64,000 nucleotides of DNA from Candidatus Thorarchaeota archaeon. GTDB lineage: Archaea; Asgardarchaeota; Thorarchaeia; Thorarchaeales; Thorarchaeaceae. Shown piece by piece: positions 1 to 9,268 of the stretch; position 1 is the first letter of the stretch; every line of letters begins with the position of its first letter. The notes beneath the pieces are model-generated. The model did no database searches. It was given only the letters and a program-made list of their open reading frames with translations, and was not told the origin of the DNA. The position numbers were made by a program, and so were the translations under genes. The stretch is from the NCBI GenBank assembly GCA_048882325.1, contig JBHLRS010000005.1, forward strand, positions 32,001 to 96,000. The letters run 5' to 3'.

Positions 1-2719
1 CAAGCGGATTAAATCCATGTTGAATCTCCCAGAAATCAGAGTATCCATCACCATCAGTGTCAGCGAGACGTGGATTTGTTCCATGTGCTTCCTCCTCATA
101 GTTTAGAAGTCTGTCAGAATCAGCATCCTCGGCACCATCAGATGAATCCAATGGGTCGAAGTCATAGAGCACCTCCCAACTGTCACTTGCAAGGTCTGAG
201 TCTGTATCTGCACTTTGTGGAGACGTACCGAGTTGATATTCCAAGTAATTGCTAAGTCCATCAGAGTCTAAATCGTCATACGTGTCATTCGCCATAGCGT
301 TAAGACCGTTAGCCACCTCGTATGCATCAGGCATGAGGTCATCATCTGAGTCTGCCTTTGTTGGGAGCGTTCCATAGGTATGCACTTCTAACCCATCAGG
401 AAGTGAATCCGAGTCAGAATCTGAATTGTGTGGGTCGCATCCGTAGAGATACTCATCTATATTATCCAAGTCATCAAGGTCTGGATCCTCAAGTGCATCA
501 TCCGCGAGTGGGTTGAGGTTGTTGTTGTACTCCCATCCATCGGGCATCAAATCTGAGTCAGAATCAGGATTCTTCGGGTCAGTTCCAATGGCAAGCTCGG
601 TTAAATCAGGCAACTCATCTAAATCACTGTCTTTACCCTCCCCAATGTAACCAGGGTTGATGTCCATCAAAGTCCAAGTATCTGTATTTACATCATATGA
701 CCAACATGGATCTATCGGAAAGTCATCTTCATCGGTAATTGATGGATAAGGATAGGAAATACCACCATAGAGGATGACTCTATCAGATTCGGAGTCATAG
801 ACAGATTCTACTCGCACACGATTGCTAGGATGAGGATGAGCCAGAGACTGTGTCCAATTGTTTGTGTTGTAATCAAAGATCCATGTGTCGTCGAAATCTC
901 CCACTAAGTCATATCCACCAAACAACACAACTCTGTCTGACTCGATGTCGTACGAAAGTGAGTTAGTTCCTCGTGGAGCTGGACTTGTGGTCGCAGGGAG
1001 TGGTTCCCAAGTGTCCGTATTATAGTCATAGGCCCAGACATCTCCTAACGCGCCTCCACTTGGACCAAAAATCAAACCTCCGAAGAGAATTACTCGGTCG
1101 CTTTCAACATCATAGGTCATTGAGTGATACCACCTTGCCCCAGGACCAGTCGATGGACTCATCTCAGTCCAAGTGTTCGTTTCGAAATCATATGACCATG
1201 TGTCGTCCAGAAAGGTGATCCCGTCTGCGGCACGTCCTCCATACATTATGATACGATCGCTCTCTGAGTCATAGGCCATTCTATGTCCACCACGACCCGA
1301 AGGCGAGAGTGCGGGGAACACTTCAGTCCAGTTGTTTGCAGCAGCGTCAAAGATCCATGTGTCATCAGGGTAAGGTCCGTCAGGCCACATCTCAAGCCCT
1401 GAGAACATGACCGTCTTGTGACTCTGGGAATCATACTCCATGGCACTGATCTGCCTTGTGGGAGCAGTTGGATATGGAGCTAGATTGTAGAAGTTATCTG
1501 TATTGAAATCGTATGACCAGGAGTCTCCTATCGTTGTCGTTATCCATCCACCGTGGATGAGAACCCTGTCTGAATCAGAATCATACGTTATAAGAGGGTC
1601 ACCTCTACCCTGCGGAAAGCTAGGCGACATCTGTCTCCAATGGTTATGGTTCGTGTCGTAGGACCATAACGTATCGTTTACTAAACCATGTGAAGCACCC
1701 AACCGAGGGCCAAGACCGCCACCAATTGATATTATTCGGTCAGACTGAATATCATATACAAGTTCATGTCTGTGTCTCACGAATGGGGCATTCTCAGGAT
1801 TAACATAGTGAGTCCATAAGTTCATGCCATAGTCATATGTCCAAAGATCATCAAGTGGCTCAGTCCCGGTGTTACCAGCGAACAGAACCATAACCTGCGA
1901 CTCGTTGTCATATGCCATCGAGGGATTACTCCGTGCAGATGGTCGATAACTAGGGGTGAGTTCTGTCCATGTGTCTGTGTTATAATCATACTCCCATTGA
2001 TCAGATAAGCCGGATCCATCATATCCACAAAATAGAATCATTCTATCATTCAGTGTGTCATATTCCATAGTGTAATCAAACCGAGGACTTGGTGATACCG
2101 CAGGACTCATCTCAGTCCAGGTGTCAGTATCAACATCATAAGCCCACGTATCATTCATAAAACCACGACCTCCAGCTTCGTTACCACCGAAGAAGATGAT
2201 GACATCACTTTCGGAGTCGTATGCTAGTTGGAAACCATATCGCCAACTTGGATGAACCGAGGGAGAAGCCTGAGTCCAGTTATTCGTTGCATAGTCATAT
2301 ACCCAGGTTTCATCGAAGGTGAAATCAGGGACTTGACCTTCATAACCTCCAAACATTACTATCTTCTCACTCTGTGAGTCGTATGCCATACTACAAAGGA
2401 ACCTAGGTGAAGGACTCACATCCGGGTGCATGTTGGTCCAGGTGTTAGTGTCAAGGTCGTACGACCAAGTTTCACCTGTGGCATAATCGGGTGTTTCATT
2501 CCACCCGCCAAAAACTATGACCCTGTCCGCTGCTGAGTGGTATGCTGCTTGAAAGTCGATGTTATAGCTTGGATCAACCTCACCAGGTGCATCAGTCTTT
2601 ATCGCTTCTTGCCTAGACGAGCTACTCACGGTCACAGGATCTACCATAGTAACACGTGCAGTTGGCAAGATAAGCAAGATGAGCAGAAATCCTATCAAGA
2701 GGCCTATTCTAGTTCTCAT
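1..2719 (-). CDS. Secreted Kelch-repeat protein (12 blades) followed by DxDxDG (thrombospondin type-3-like) Ca-binding repeats; 3' end runs off the window
   Basis: Manual translation from the ATG at 2719: MRTRIGLLIGFLLILLILP (signal-like), 12 repeats of [AEVTS]Y[DH]xxxxxhhhhGG...W.YD...W, then repeated DSDxDxLPDxxE...GTDP units. The frame stays open to the window edge, so it is absent from the ORF track. Confidence 0.9.
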   Translation of the reverse strand, partial: MRTRIGLLIGFLLILLILPTARVTMVDPVTVSSSSRQEAIKTDAPGEVDPSYNIDFQAAYHSAADRVIVFGGWNETPDYATGETWSYDLDTNTWTNMHPDVSPSPRFLCSMAYDSQSEKIVMFGGYEGQVPDFTFDETWVYDYATNNWTQASPSVHPSWRYGFQLAYDSESDVIIFFGGNEAGGRGFMNDTWAYDVDTDTWTEMSPAVSPSPRFDYTMEYDTLNDRMILFCGYDGSGLSDQWEYDYNTDTWTELTPSYRPSARSNPSMAYDNESQVMVLFAGNTGTEPLDDLWTYDYGMNLWTHYVNPENAPFVRHRHELVYDIQSDRIISIGGGLGPRLGASHGLVNDTLWSYDTNHNHWRQMSPSFPQGRGDPLITYDSDSDRVLIHGGWITTTIGDSWSYDFNTDNFYNLAPYPTAPTRQISAMEYDSQSHKTVMFSGLEMWPDGPYPDDTWIFDAAANNWTEVFPALSPSGRGGHRMAYDSESDRIIMYGGRAADGITFLDDTWSYDFETNTWTEMSPSTGPGARWYHSMTYDVESDRVILFGGLIFGPSGGALGDVWAYDYNTDTWEPLPATTSPAPRGTNSLSYDIESDRVVLFGGYDLVGDFDDTWIFDYNTNNWTQSLAHPHPSNRVRVESVYDSESDRVILYGGISYPYPSITDEDDFPIDPCWSYDVNTDTWTLMDINPGYIGEGKDSDLDELPDLTELAIGTDPKNPDSDSDLMPDGWEYNNNLNPLADDALEDPDLDDLDNIDEYLYGCDPHNSDSDSDSLPDGLEVHTYGTLPTKADSDDDLMPDAYEVANGLNAMANDTYDDLDSDGLSNYLEYQLGTSPQSADTDSDLASDSWEVLYDFDPLDSSDGAEDADSDRLLNYEEEAHGTNPRLADTDGDGYSDFWEIQHGFNPL

Positions 2720-2995
2720 TTTTCTCCCTCTACTGAACCGTCGAAATCCGCAGTCAATGTTTTCAAATGACAGTTCTTTGATTACACATTGATAGTTTTC
2801 AATAGTTAACTATTATATAACTGAAGTACTTACCTTTCTGATACTCGGTATCTAAGTGGTAAGCATCTTAATTCAAAGGACAACAAAAACAGACTATTAA
2901 GATACTATAGGAAAATAGCTATAGTACTAAAGTGGATATAGTAACCGAGCTTGAAATAGGAGGGAGAAAATTCACATCGATCAGAACGTCCCTAC

Positions 2996-3035
2996 AAAAA
3001 AGGTGAAAGGGAGTGACGACGAACAACGTCACTCC
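2996..3035 (-). terminator. Hairpin plus U-tract, putative terminator
   Basis: GGAGTGACG (3010-3018) / CGTCACTCC (3027-3035) stem followed on the minus strand by CTTTCACCTTTTTTG. Confidence 0.55.
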
Positions 3036-3097
3036 GGGTGTACTTCACAGACGCATTCGATAAACAATACACTCGAGGAGAGTGAAGGTCTGCACCT
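2996..3097 (-). ncRNA. Candidate small non-coding RNA (~100 nt)
   Basis: Minus-strand TTATATA box at 3117-3123, a foldable body (GCAGAC/GTCTGT, CACTC/GAGTG, GTATT/AATGC) and a terminal hairpin with U-tract; no convincing ORF. Confidence 0.3.
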
Positions 3098-3170
3098 AAC
3101 CTATAGGATTCTTATCTATATAACTAGACAAGTGTCCTTTCAGATAGTTACTTTCCAACTGGTAAATGGG

Positions 3171-3198
3171 GGAGTGACGGGAGTAGGACCGTCACTCC
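3171..3198 (-). terminator. Hairpin overlapping the MFS stop codon
   Basis: GGAGTGACGG (3171-3180) / CCGTCACTCC (3189-3198) 10-bp stem; same stem sequence as the hairpin at 3010-3035. Confidence 0.45.
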
Positions 3199-4784
3199 GG
3201 GTTCAAAACAACTTGCTCGACTTCTTCAGCAAGCTCTTCTAGAAGCACTTTGGCTTCGGAAGCATGATCAACCTCGATGGGTGTGCCTACCACATCTTCG
3301 TCAGAGCCTTCAACTGCAACTACTGGTTTCTCAAGTGAGAGCGCGTATCGTATGATAAAGACGCCAACTAGAGAAATTCCCGCACACAGTAACAAGGTTG
3401 CAGGGAACCCAATTCTTGGGATCAACCATCCAAACACCACAATCTGGGGGGTCGATAGTATCAAGAGAATTGTCGGTTGCAGTGAATAGAGGGAGTTCCT
3501 GTTTCGATTGGGAATAGCATCCAGGAGTTCTCTCTGTGTCAGTATCTCCGCAAACCCTCCAAAGAACATTGTCACGGTGAAAAGAGAGAACAATGCGATT
3601 ATTGGCACTATATGTTGGATAGGTAGTTCGATGAGCACGATTGAGGTGAATGGTAAGTATACTGTCACCATAACTGCTGCATCACCCACTGGTGGAAAGA
3701 AGAACATCAAAGCGGCAAGTGCAATGTAGAATACAAAACCGCAAGCCTGTAATAGCCTGAATCTCGGAATCCACTTTTTCGGTTCGAACTTCTGTGACCA
3801 GACACCAGACCGCTCATTAGCTGCCACTCCAGGAATGAATGCTATTGTTCGATAGGAGGCAACTGCGACATCTGTGATGAGGTAGCTGAAGTAGAGTGGG
3901 AACAGAATCAAGTTACCCCATACGCTGATCGTACTTGCAGTCAACATTGAGCCAATGCACAGGTACTTGACAAAGGGTGTGTTCCAAAGGTAGCTCACTC
4001 CTTCTCTCAACAGGCTTGTGTACTCACTCATTGAGGGACGTTCAGCCCTCTGAGCTTCGACTTCAGGGAAGTCGCGGATGTAGCGCATCACCATCAATGC
4101 GAAAATGACTGCGCCAACAGCTTCCAATTGGAAGACGAAAGGTCTGTTGAAGACAGTTGCTAATAGACTCCCGGGAATGAGTGCAGCTGTAGATGCGATC
4201 TGGCCAACCATTCCCATTCTGCCCCAAAAGACACCATACTGTTTTCGCTCCTTATCATTAGGCATTGCGATTCTGTAATTATTATCGAACCATGCGCCCC
4301 ATGCCCCGCTGATTTGAGACTGAGCAATTCCTTGAATCATATAGACAATGCATAGATAGTAGAATGGGGTTTCTGAAGTCACAAAGGAGACCATAAAGAA
4401 CATGACGCCATAGAGAATATTGCCGATTGCAATGACATACCGTTGACCAATCGCGTCGCCAAGCGCTCCAGATGGATAATCAAGAATCGTCTGGGTGATC
4501 ATCATGATAGCAACAAGGACTCCCAAAAGACCTAACCCTTCAATGAAATGCCCACCACCTATGGCCTCAGCTACGAAGATAGTGTAGAATGTTGTGCTGA
4601 GAGTGAAGATGATGTTCGCAGCGGGGATTAGTATCATTAGCACTCTACCCAAATGGAGTGCCTTTTCGTCGGCATCAGTGAAGCCCATAAAGCTGGAGGT
4701 CCTACTCATAGTACCAAATCCCATTGTCAATTGTATAATAACTATCACAACTACGTAAGATTGGAGTATATAATGGAAAGGCAC
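3192..4784 (-). CDS. MFS transporter (true start probably near 4709)
   Basis: About 12 hydrophobic segments; DYPSGALGDAIGQR MFS motif-A-like; acidic C-tail. Confidence 0.85.
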   Translation of the reverse strand: MPFHYILQSYVVVIVIIQLTMGFGTMSRTSSFMGFTDADEKALHLGRVLMILIPAANIIFTLSTTFYTIFVAEAIGGGHFIEGLGLLGVLVAIMMITQTILDYPSGALGDAIGQRYVIAIGNILYGVMFFMVSFVTSETPFYYLCIVYMIQGIAQSQISGAWGAWFDNNYRIAMPNDKERKQYGVFWGRMGMVGQIASTAALIPGSLLATVFNRPFVFQLEAVGAVIFALMVMRYIRDFPEVEAQRAERPSMSEYTSLLREGVSYLWNTPFVKYLCIGSMLTASTISVWGNLILFPLYFSYLITDVAVASYRTIAFIPGVAANERSGVWSQKFEPKKWIPRFRLLQACGFVFYIALAALMFFFPPVGDAAVMVTVYLPFTSIVLIELPIQHIVPIIALFSLFTVTMFFGGFAEILTQRELLDAIPNRNRNSLYSLQPTILLILSTPQIVVFGWLIPRIGFPATLLLCAGISLVGVFIIRYALSLEKPVVAVEGSDEDVVGTPIEVDHASEAKVLLEELAEEVEQVVLNPE

Positions 4785-4877
4785 TTGAGAGGGTCACTAT
4801 AAGCGGTCACACGTTGTGACTTTTTACTTAATCCCGTTAATCAAAACGAATCATTTTTCGGTAACCAAGCAGTTGAC

Positions 4878-5600
4878 ATGACCATGACTGATACATTTGG
4901 TAGAGTTATGCAAGCAGCGGTTGAAGGAAAGGATGCAAGTTATATCATCGAGAGAGATGATGGGTTCATCCGCCACACCTCTGGTTACAACTATCTAAAG
5001 CCATATGATGAGTGGCCAGAAGCTGAGAAGAAGGCGCTTCTGGAAATCAAGGGACCTCTCTTGGATGTAGGATGTGGATTAGGACGAGTAGGTAGTTATG
5101 TAACGGAAAAGGGAATTGAATACTATGGCGTGGACCTCTCGCCAACTGCAGTTGACCTTTGCCACAGGCGTGGATTCGAAAATGTCTATCTCATGTCAGC
5201 GGATGATATTAAACTGGACCGCTCAGACTTCCGGACAGTGGTCCTCTTTGGAAACAACTTCGGATTAATGGGTACTCCCGAGGGAGTAGTCAAGATGCTG
5301 AAGGGGTTCCATCATGTCACTGCAGATGATGCAATAATCTTGGCTGGGTCAAGAGATCCTGCTAAAACGGACAACGAGATGCATCTTGCGTATCATGCAA
5401 AGAACAAGTCTAAAGGAAGACCAATAGGTCAAGTGAAACTCAGAAATAGGTTCAAGGATGAAATTGATGATTGGTGGTACCTACTTATGTGTGGGAAGGA
5501 GTTAATGTCAGAACTTGCAGAGGAAGCAGGTTGGTATCTAGAAAGATTGATTGTGGGAGAAAGGTATAATGTTGGAGTCTTGAGGAAGAAAAGGATGTGA
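4878..5600 (+). CDS. Class I SAM-dependent methyltransferase
   Basis: LLDVGCGLG motif I, GVDLS motif II. Confidence 0.9.
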   Translation: MTMTDTFGRVMQAAVEGKDASYIIERDDGFIRHTSGYNYLKPYDEWPEAEKKALLEIKGPLLDVGCGLGRVGSYVTEKGIEYYGVDLSPTAVDLCHRRGFENVYLMSADDIKLDRSDFRTVVLFGNNFGLMGTPEGVVKMLKGFHHVTADDAIILAGSRDPAKTDNEMHLAYHAKNKSKGRPIGQVKLRNRFKDEIDDWWYLLMCGKELMSELAEEAGWYLERLIVGERYNVGVLRKKRM

Positions 5601-5667
5601 AAAAGGTCCCAAGGGTGATATGAGAACCAAGAAAGCTTTTGATAGATTTCTTCCAATATATTAACTA

Positions 5668-6750
5668 GTGAACAAGATGGAAAAGGTTCCGCCAAGACTC
5701 CTGTCATATCATTATGTCCCAGCGGGTTTCGAAATAGTGATCAATGACATGTCAATGCATACAGATAGAGGAGGAGGGATCTGGAATCTCTGGTGGAACG
5801 TCCAAGTATCAGATGATCCTGGGACATGGGATAATGAGATTCGTGCATTGAACACAATGCAGAAAGAATCAGGACACCTCACTAAGAATCATCGATATGT
5901 AAGGATACACATAGCTGAATGGTGCAGAAATGATGACACATTCCCAACCAGCCTTGATATCCTCTGTGCTGAGATTGGTAATGAGAAGATTACTACACCA
6001 TGGACGTTAGGGTGTGAGGGAAGAGGTCTTAGGGATTCATTGGGGATTCACGCCTCGCCCGATGATAGACTTGAACAAAGGGTGTTTTTGTTTAACTCAT
6101 ATCAGATTGCATTCAAGGCTTGGATCAATCAGAGAGAACCTGAGACCCTGCTTGAGGCAAAGGTTCGAAGATATCTTGGCGAGGTGACACGAGAGAAGAT
6201 CGCACTTGTGGATTTGCTTAGACGCCAGCTTATTCCTACAGTTTCTTCAACTGCATCATTGAAGGAAATCTATAAAGAAAAAACTCAAGGAATTTCAGCT
6301 GAGTCCTTGTCTCAGTGTCTTGATTGTGGTAACTGCACAGACATTGAGAGTGAGCGAATCTATCCAGAGTGCTCTTGTTGTGAACGATTCTATATTGACT
6401 CACTTCTTCTATTTCAGAGATTTATTGAACCAAATGAGATATACAGGGAGATGTTTCGCTTTCATCAGGAATGTCTTCTTGGATACATGTATGCTGTAAA
6501 TGCTTGGCTGATAGATGAAGAACCGACGCTTTTGACTGATGTTGTTACTCCAGTCTTTCTCAACCAGCAACTAGCTGAGCAAATTCCAAAACAAGTCAAG
6601 AGACTCCTGGGCATCCGAACCCCTGTTAAGGAATGGTTAGCTGGATGTTTACTCAAGACACTAAGAGGAAACAGAAGTTGGAAAACTAACCATCAAATGA
6701 TAGACAATTATCCTGAAGCCAGCTCCTGGCTTTCATTCATAAGAGTCTAA
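5668..6750 (+). CDS. Hypothetical protein with a Cys cluster
   Basis: 360-aa ORF; CLDCGNC...CSCC; no family recognised. Confidence 0.7.
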   Translation: MNKMEKVPPRLLSYHYVPAGFEIVINDMSMHTDRGGGIWNLWWNVQVSDDPGTWDNEIRALNTMQKESGHLTKNHRYVRIHIAEWCRNDDTFPTSLDILCAEIGNEKITTPWTLGCEGRGLRDSLGIHASPDDRLEQRVFLFNSYQIAFKAWINQREPETLLEAKVRRYLGEVTREKIALVDLLRRQLIPTVSSTASLKEIYKEKTQGISAESLSQCLDCGNCTDIESERIYPECSCCERFYIDSLLLFQRFIEPNEIYREMFRFHQECLLGYMYAVNAWLIDEEPTLLTDVVTPVFLNQQLAEQIPKQVKRLLGIRTPVKEWLAGCLLKTLRGNRSWKTNHQMIDNYPEASSWLSFIRV

Positions 6751-6762
6751 GCGACCTGAGAA

Positions 6763-7065
6763 TCACTTTCTCTTCAGGTTCAAGAACTTTCCATCCTTGA
6801 CCTGAGCTAGATACCTTCGACCTTGCATCACCCACATTATCTGATGCCCTTCCTGTGCTAGCTTTGCCCAGCGGGAGTCCTTGTGAGGGTTTTGTTCGAT
6901 GTAGGTGTAGCCATCTCGCTCAACCAGCCGCACCTTACTTCTAGACGTTTTCTTTATCGGATAAACTTCTCCCTCAATCACCACTGAATCTGACTCATCA
7001 AATATCGCGTCGAAAATGACCCTTGCAACATCTTGAATTCTATCAAGCTCTTCTGCCTCTGACAT
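6763..7065 (-). CDS. Hypothetical protein (start taken at MSEAEE, 7065)
   Basis: Track ORF 6763-7095; the upstream extension is only the translated GT microsatellite. Confidence 0.7.
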   Translation of the reverse strand: MSEAEELDRIQDVARVIFDAIFDESDSVVIEGEVYPIKKTSRSKVRLVERDGYTYIEQNPHKDSRWAKLAQEGHQIMWVMQGRRYLAQVKDGKFLNLKRK

Positions 7066-7068
7066 AGG

Positions 7069-7082
7069 CACACACACACACA
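7069..7082. repeat. (CA)7 dinucleotide microsatellite
   Basis: ggCACACACACACACAtaca, 3 nt upstream of the minus-strand ATG at 7065. Confidence 0.85.
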
Positions 7083-7287
7083 TACAAAGAACCACTCTGT
7101 ATTAGTTCTTCCGAGAGTATCGAATCCGTAACCGCCAATTCTATCTGGCAAGAAGACGAAGGAGCTAGAGTACAATTATAGATGCTTCTTATGGAAATGT
7201 CATAACGAATACCTGATAACAGCATTTGAGCAAATATCAATGCAACGTGGTGCGTTTTTTCATTGAAATAAATAAGGTGAACTAAGC

Positions 7288-7608
7288 ATGATATGTAGAT
7301 TTTGGAGAGGATGGACTACGCATAGTAATGCAGACAACTATGAAAATACGTTGAAGGACTTGATATTCAAGGAAACTGAGGAAAGAGAACTTGAGGGGTA
7401 TGAACGTTTCCAATTATTCCGGAACGACAAGAATGATGAAGTTGAATTCATCACAATCATGTACTTCAAAACCCTCGAAGGAATTAAGCAGTTTGCAGGA
7501 GAGGACTATACTCAAGCTTTTCTTCCTGAGATAGAGAAAAAACTTCTCTCTAGATTCGATGACCGTGTCAAAATCATTGAGCTAAAAATAGATCAGGATT
7601 TCAAGTAA
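7288..7608 (+). CDS. Antibiotic biosynthesis monooxygenase-like (dimeric alpha-beta barrel) protein
   Basis: MIxRxWRGWT...NADxYE...EFITIMxF...IKQFAGEDY pattern typical of this family. Confidence 0.75.
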   Translation: MICRFWRGWTTHSNADNYENTLKDLIFKETEERELEGYERFQLFRNDKNDEVEFITIMYFKTLEGIKQFAGEDYTQAFLPEIEKKLLSRFDDRVKIIELKIDQDFK

Positions 7609-7701
7609 CTGAGTGTGAATGAGAATGAAAGAGTATAGCAAAGAGATAGTTCTAAAACAGGAATCAAGAGAGTAATAATCTCAGGAAACCCTATTCAAGA
7701 T

Positions 7702-9144
7702 ATGCGTCCCGAAAAAGAGCGAATTGGAGGGGAGTATATGAAACTCAATCAGAAGTTCTTTGGACAGGAACACTTCGAAAAGGGGACTCCACAACGTGAA
7801 TTCTGCGCATCTCTATATAAAATCAAGCCTAGTATGCAGCAGTATGGATTCTCGGACAGAGACCTAGTGCCAGACCTACCTGATGATAGAAGTGGTATTG
7901 TTCAAGTGAAGTACAATGGAATGCTTACTGTAATTCTCTGGGATGCAGAGATGGAGAGATTTATGGGATGGAGTCGAAATGGAAGACGCTATTTCTCACT
8001 GGATGTGAATAGGGAACATCCAGTAACCAAGATCTTTGACAATGACTTTTTGGAGTACAAAGACACAGCCTTCATTGGAGAAACCTATGCTGCCAGATTG
8101 ATACGAGAGAAGGCACATATGACCGAGTTCAACAAGAGTATGAGTCTCATTAAGAACCCAAAATCTTCGGATGAAGTTAATAGAATCAGATTGGCAGTCT
8201 TTGATTTAGCTATAAGAAACAGGGATGATGAATTAGAAAGAAAGGGAACGCCGATTGAGAGGTTCAAGTTGCTAACAAACAACTTTGACTTTCCGACACA
8301 CAGTGATAGTGGAGTTGTTCACCTAGCAGATCACCTAGTCTATAATGATGCAATAGGAAAACATCAGCACGAGGTTCAATCGTTCTGGAATGAGTACATC
8401 AAAGAGAGAGGATTTGAAGGACTGGTTCTCATACTCGATGATGGAGAGAGGTATAAACTGAAGTACAGAGACACTCTTGATGTCGCAATCATCGCATTTC
8501 GAATCCCACAAAGAAGTACAAAGATCCGTCCTGTCTGCAGTGAATGCAACACCCGATTTGATTCGTTTTGGTTGAAGAAGCTTGTCAGGGATGATGTCAT
8601 AAAAGCAGAAGACTGGTTCAAAGATAGCGTGAGACTCAAGGAGGGAACAGGCACCTGGGACATGTATTCGAAAGGTCTGAAATCGTGTCCTTTATGTGGT
8701 GGAAGTATAGACTACACTGATGGTCCAATCCTTGGAGCCAAGATAGCTCTCATGACTGAGAAAGGCGAGTTTGTAGATATTGCTAATGGGTCTCAGATTC
8801 CTCCCTCCTCCCCGGTCCTTGATATCATAGAACCACTGTATGAAAATGAGGGGTATCTGTGGGTCAGACCCGAGGTTGTAATTGAGGTTTCATACCAGGA
8901 TTTGTACATCGACAGGATGAGACCACTCTTGCGATTCGAGGAAGAGAAATACAGACAAGTAGGTGAAATCAAAGCTGTTTCACTTAGACCATATGGAGTG
9001 ACTCATAGACCTGATAAGGACATTAACTCTGATGACCTTAGATTAGAACAGATCTCTTACTTTGTAGGGAGGTCCCAGAGAATAAGGAAACTCTGGGAGG
9101 AAGAGGATGAAATGCGAACCACAACTCTTGATGAGTGGATTTGA
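7702..9144 (+). CDS. ATP-dependent DNA ligase-like nucleotidyltransferase with OB domain and inserted Zn ribbon (start probably 7738)
   Basis: Motif I VKYNG, III IGE, IIIa VFDL, IV FEGLV, V YKLK; OB-domain WVRPEVVIEVSY and SLRP...RPDK; CSEC/CPLC. Confidence 0.8.
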   Translation: MRPEKERIGGEYMKLNQKFFGQEHFEKGTPQREFCASLYKIKPSMQQYGFSDRDLVPDLPDDRSGIVQVKYNGMLTVILWDAEMERFMGWSRNGRRYFSLDVNREHPVTKIFDNDFLEYKDTAFIGETYAARLIREKAHMTEFNKSMSLIKNPKSSDEVNRIRLAVFDLAIRNRDDELERKGTPIERFKLLTNNFDFPTHSDSGVVHLADHLVYNDAIGKHQHEVQSFWNEYIKERGFEGLVLILDDGERYKLKYRDTLDVAIIAFRIPQRSTKIRPVCSECNTRFDSFWLKKLVRDDVIKAEDWFKDSVRLKEGTGTWDMYSKGLKSCPLCGGSIDYTDGPILGAKIALMTEKGEFVDIANGSQIPPSSPVLDIIEPLYENEGYLWVRPEVVIEVSYQDLYIDRMRPLLRFEEEKYRQVGEIKAVSLRPYGVTHRPDKDINSDDLRLEQISYFVGRSQRIRKLWEEEDEMRTTTLDEWI

Positions 9145-9268
9145 TTGTAGCTGATATCTTGGAACATAAATGGATTAAGCGTCAGCCTCTATACGTCTGT
9201 TGCTAAATGGTATAAGATTTGCATTAATCCCTCCTATAAACAGAACCAATCGAAACTTGGTAGTGATG

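Noticed and set aside
70-2770. Short track ORFs at 70, 973, 1246, 1822 and 2537
   Set aside because: All are shadows of the long minus-strand Kelch gene
3160-3194. Selenocysteine readthrough of the MFS TGA with an adjacent hairpin
   Set aside because: The MFS is already complete, there is no redox-motif context, and the hairpin includes the stop itself; a terminator is the simpler reading
7094-7174. tRNA-like segment (GGATTCGAT on the minus strand; imperfect long stem on the plus strand)
   Set aside because: No cloverleaf can be built: the T-arm does not pair and there is no acceptor stem or anticodon arm
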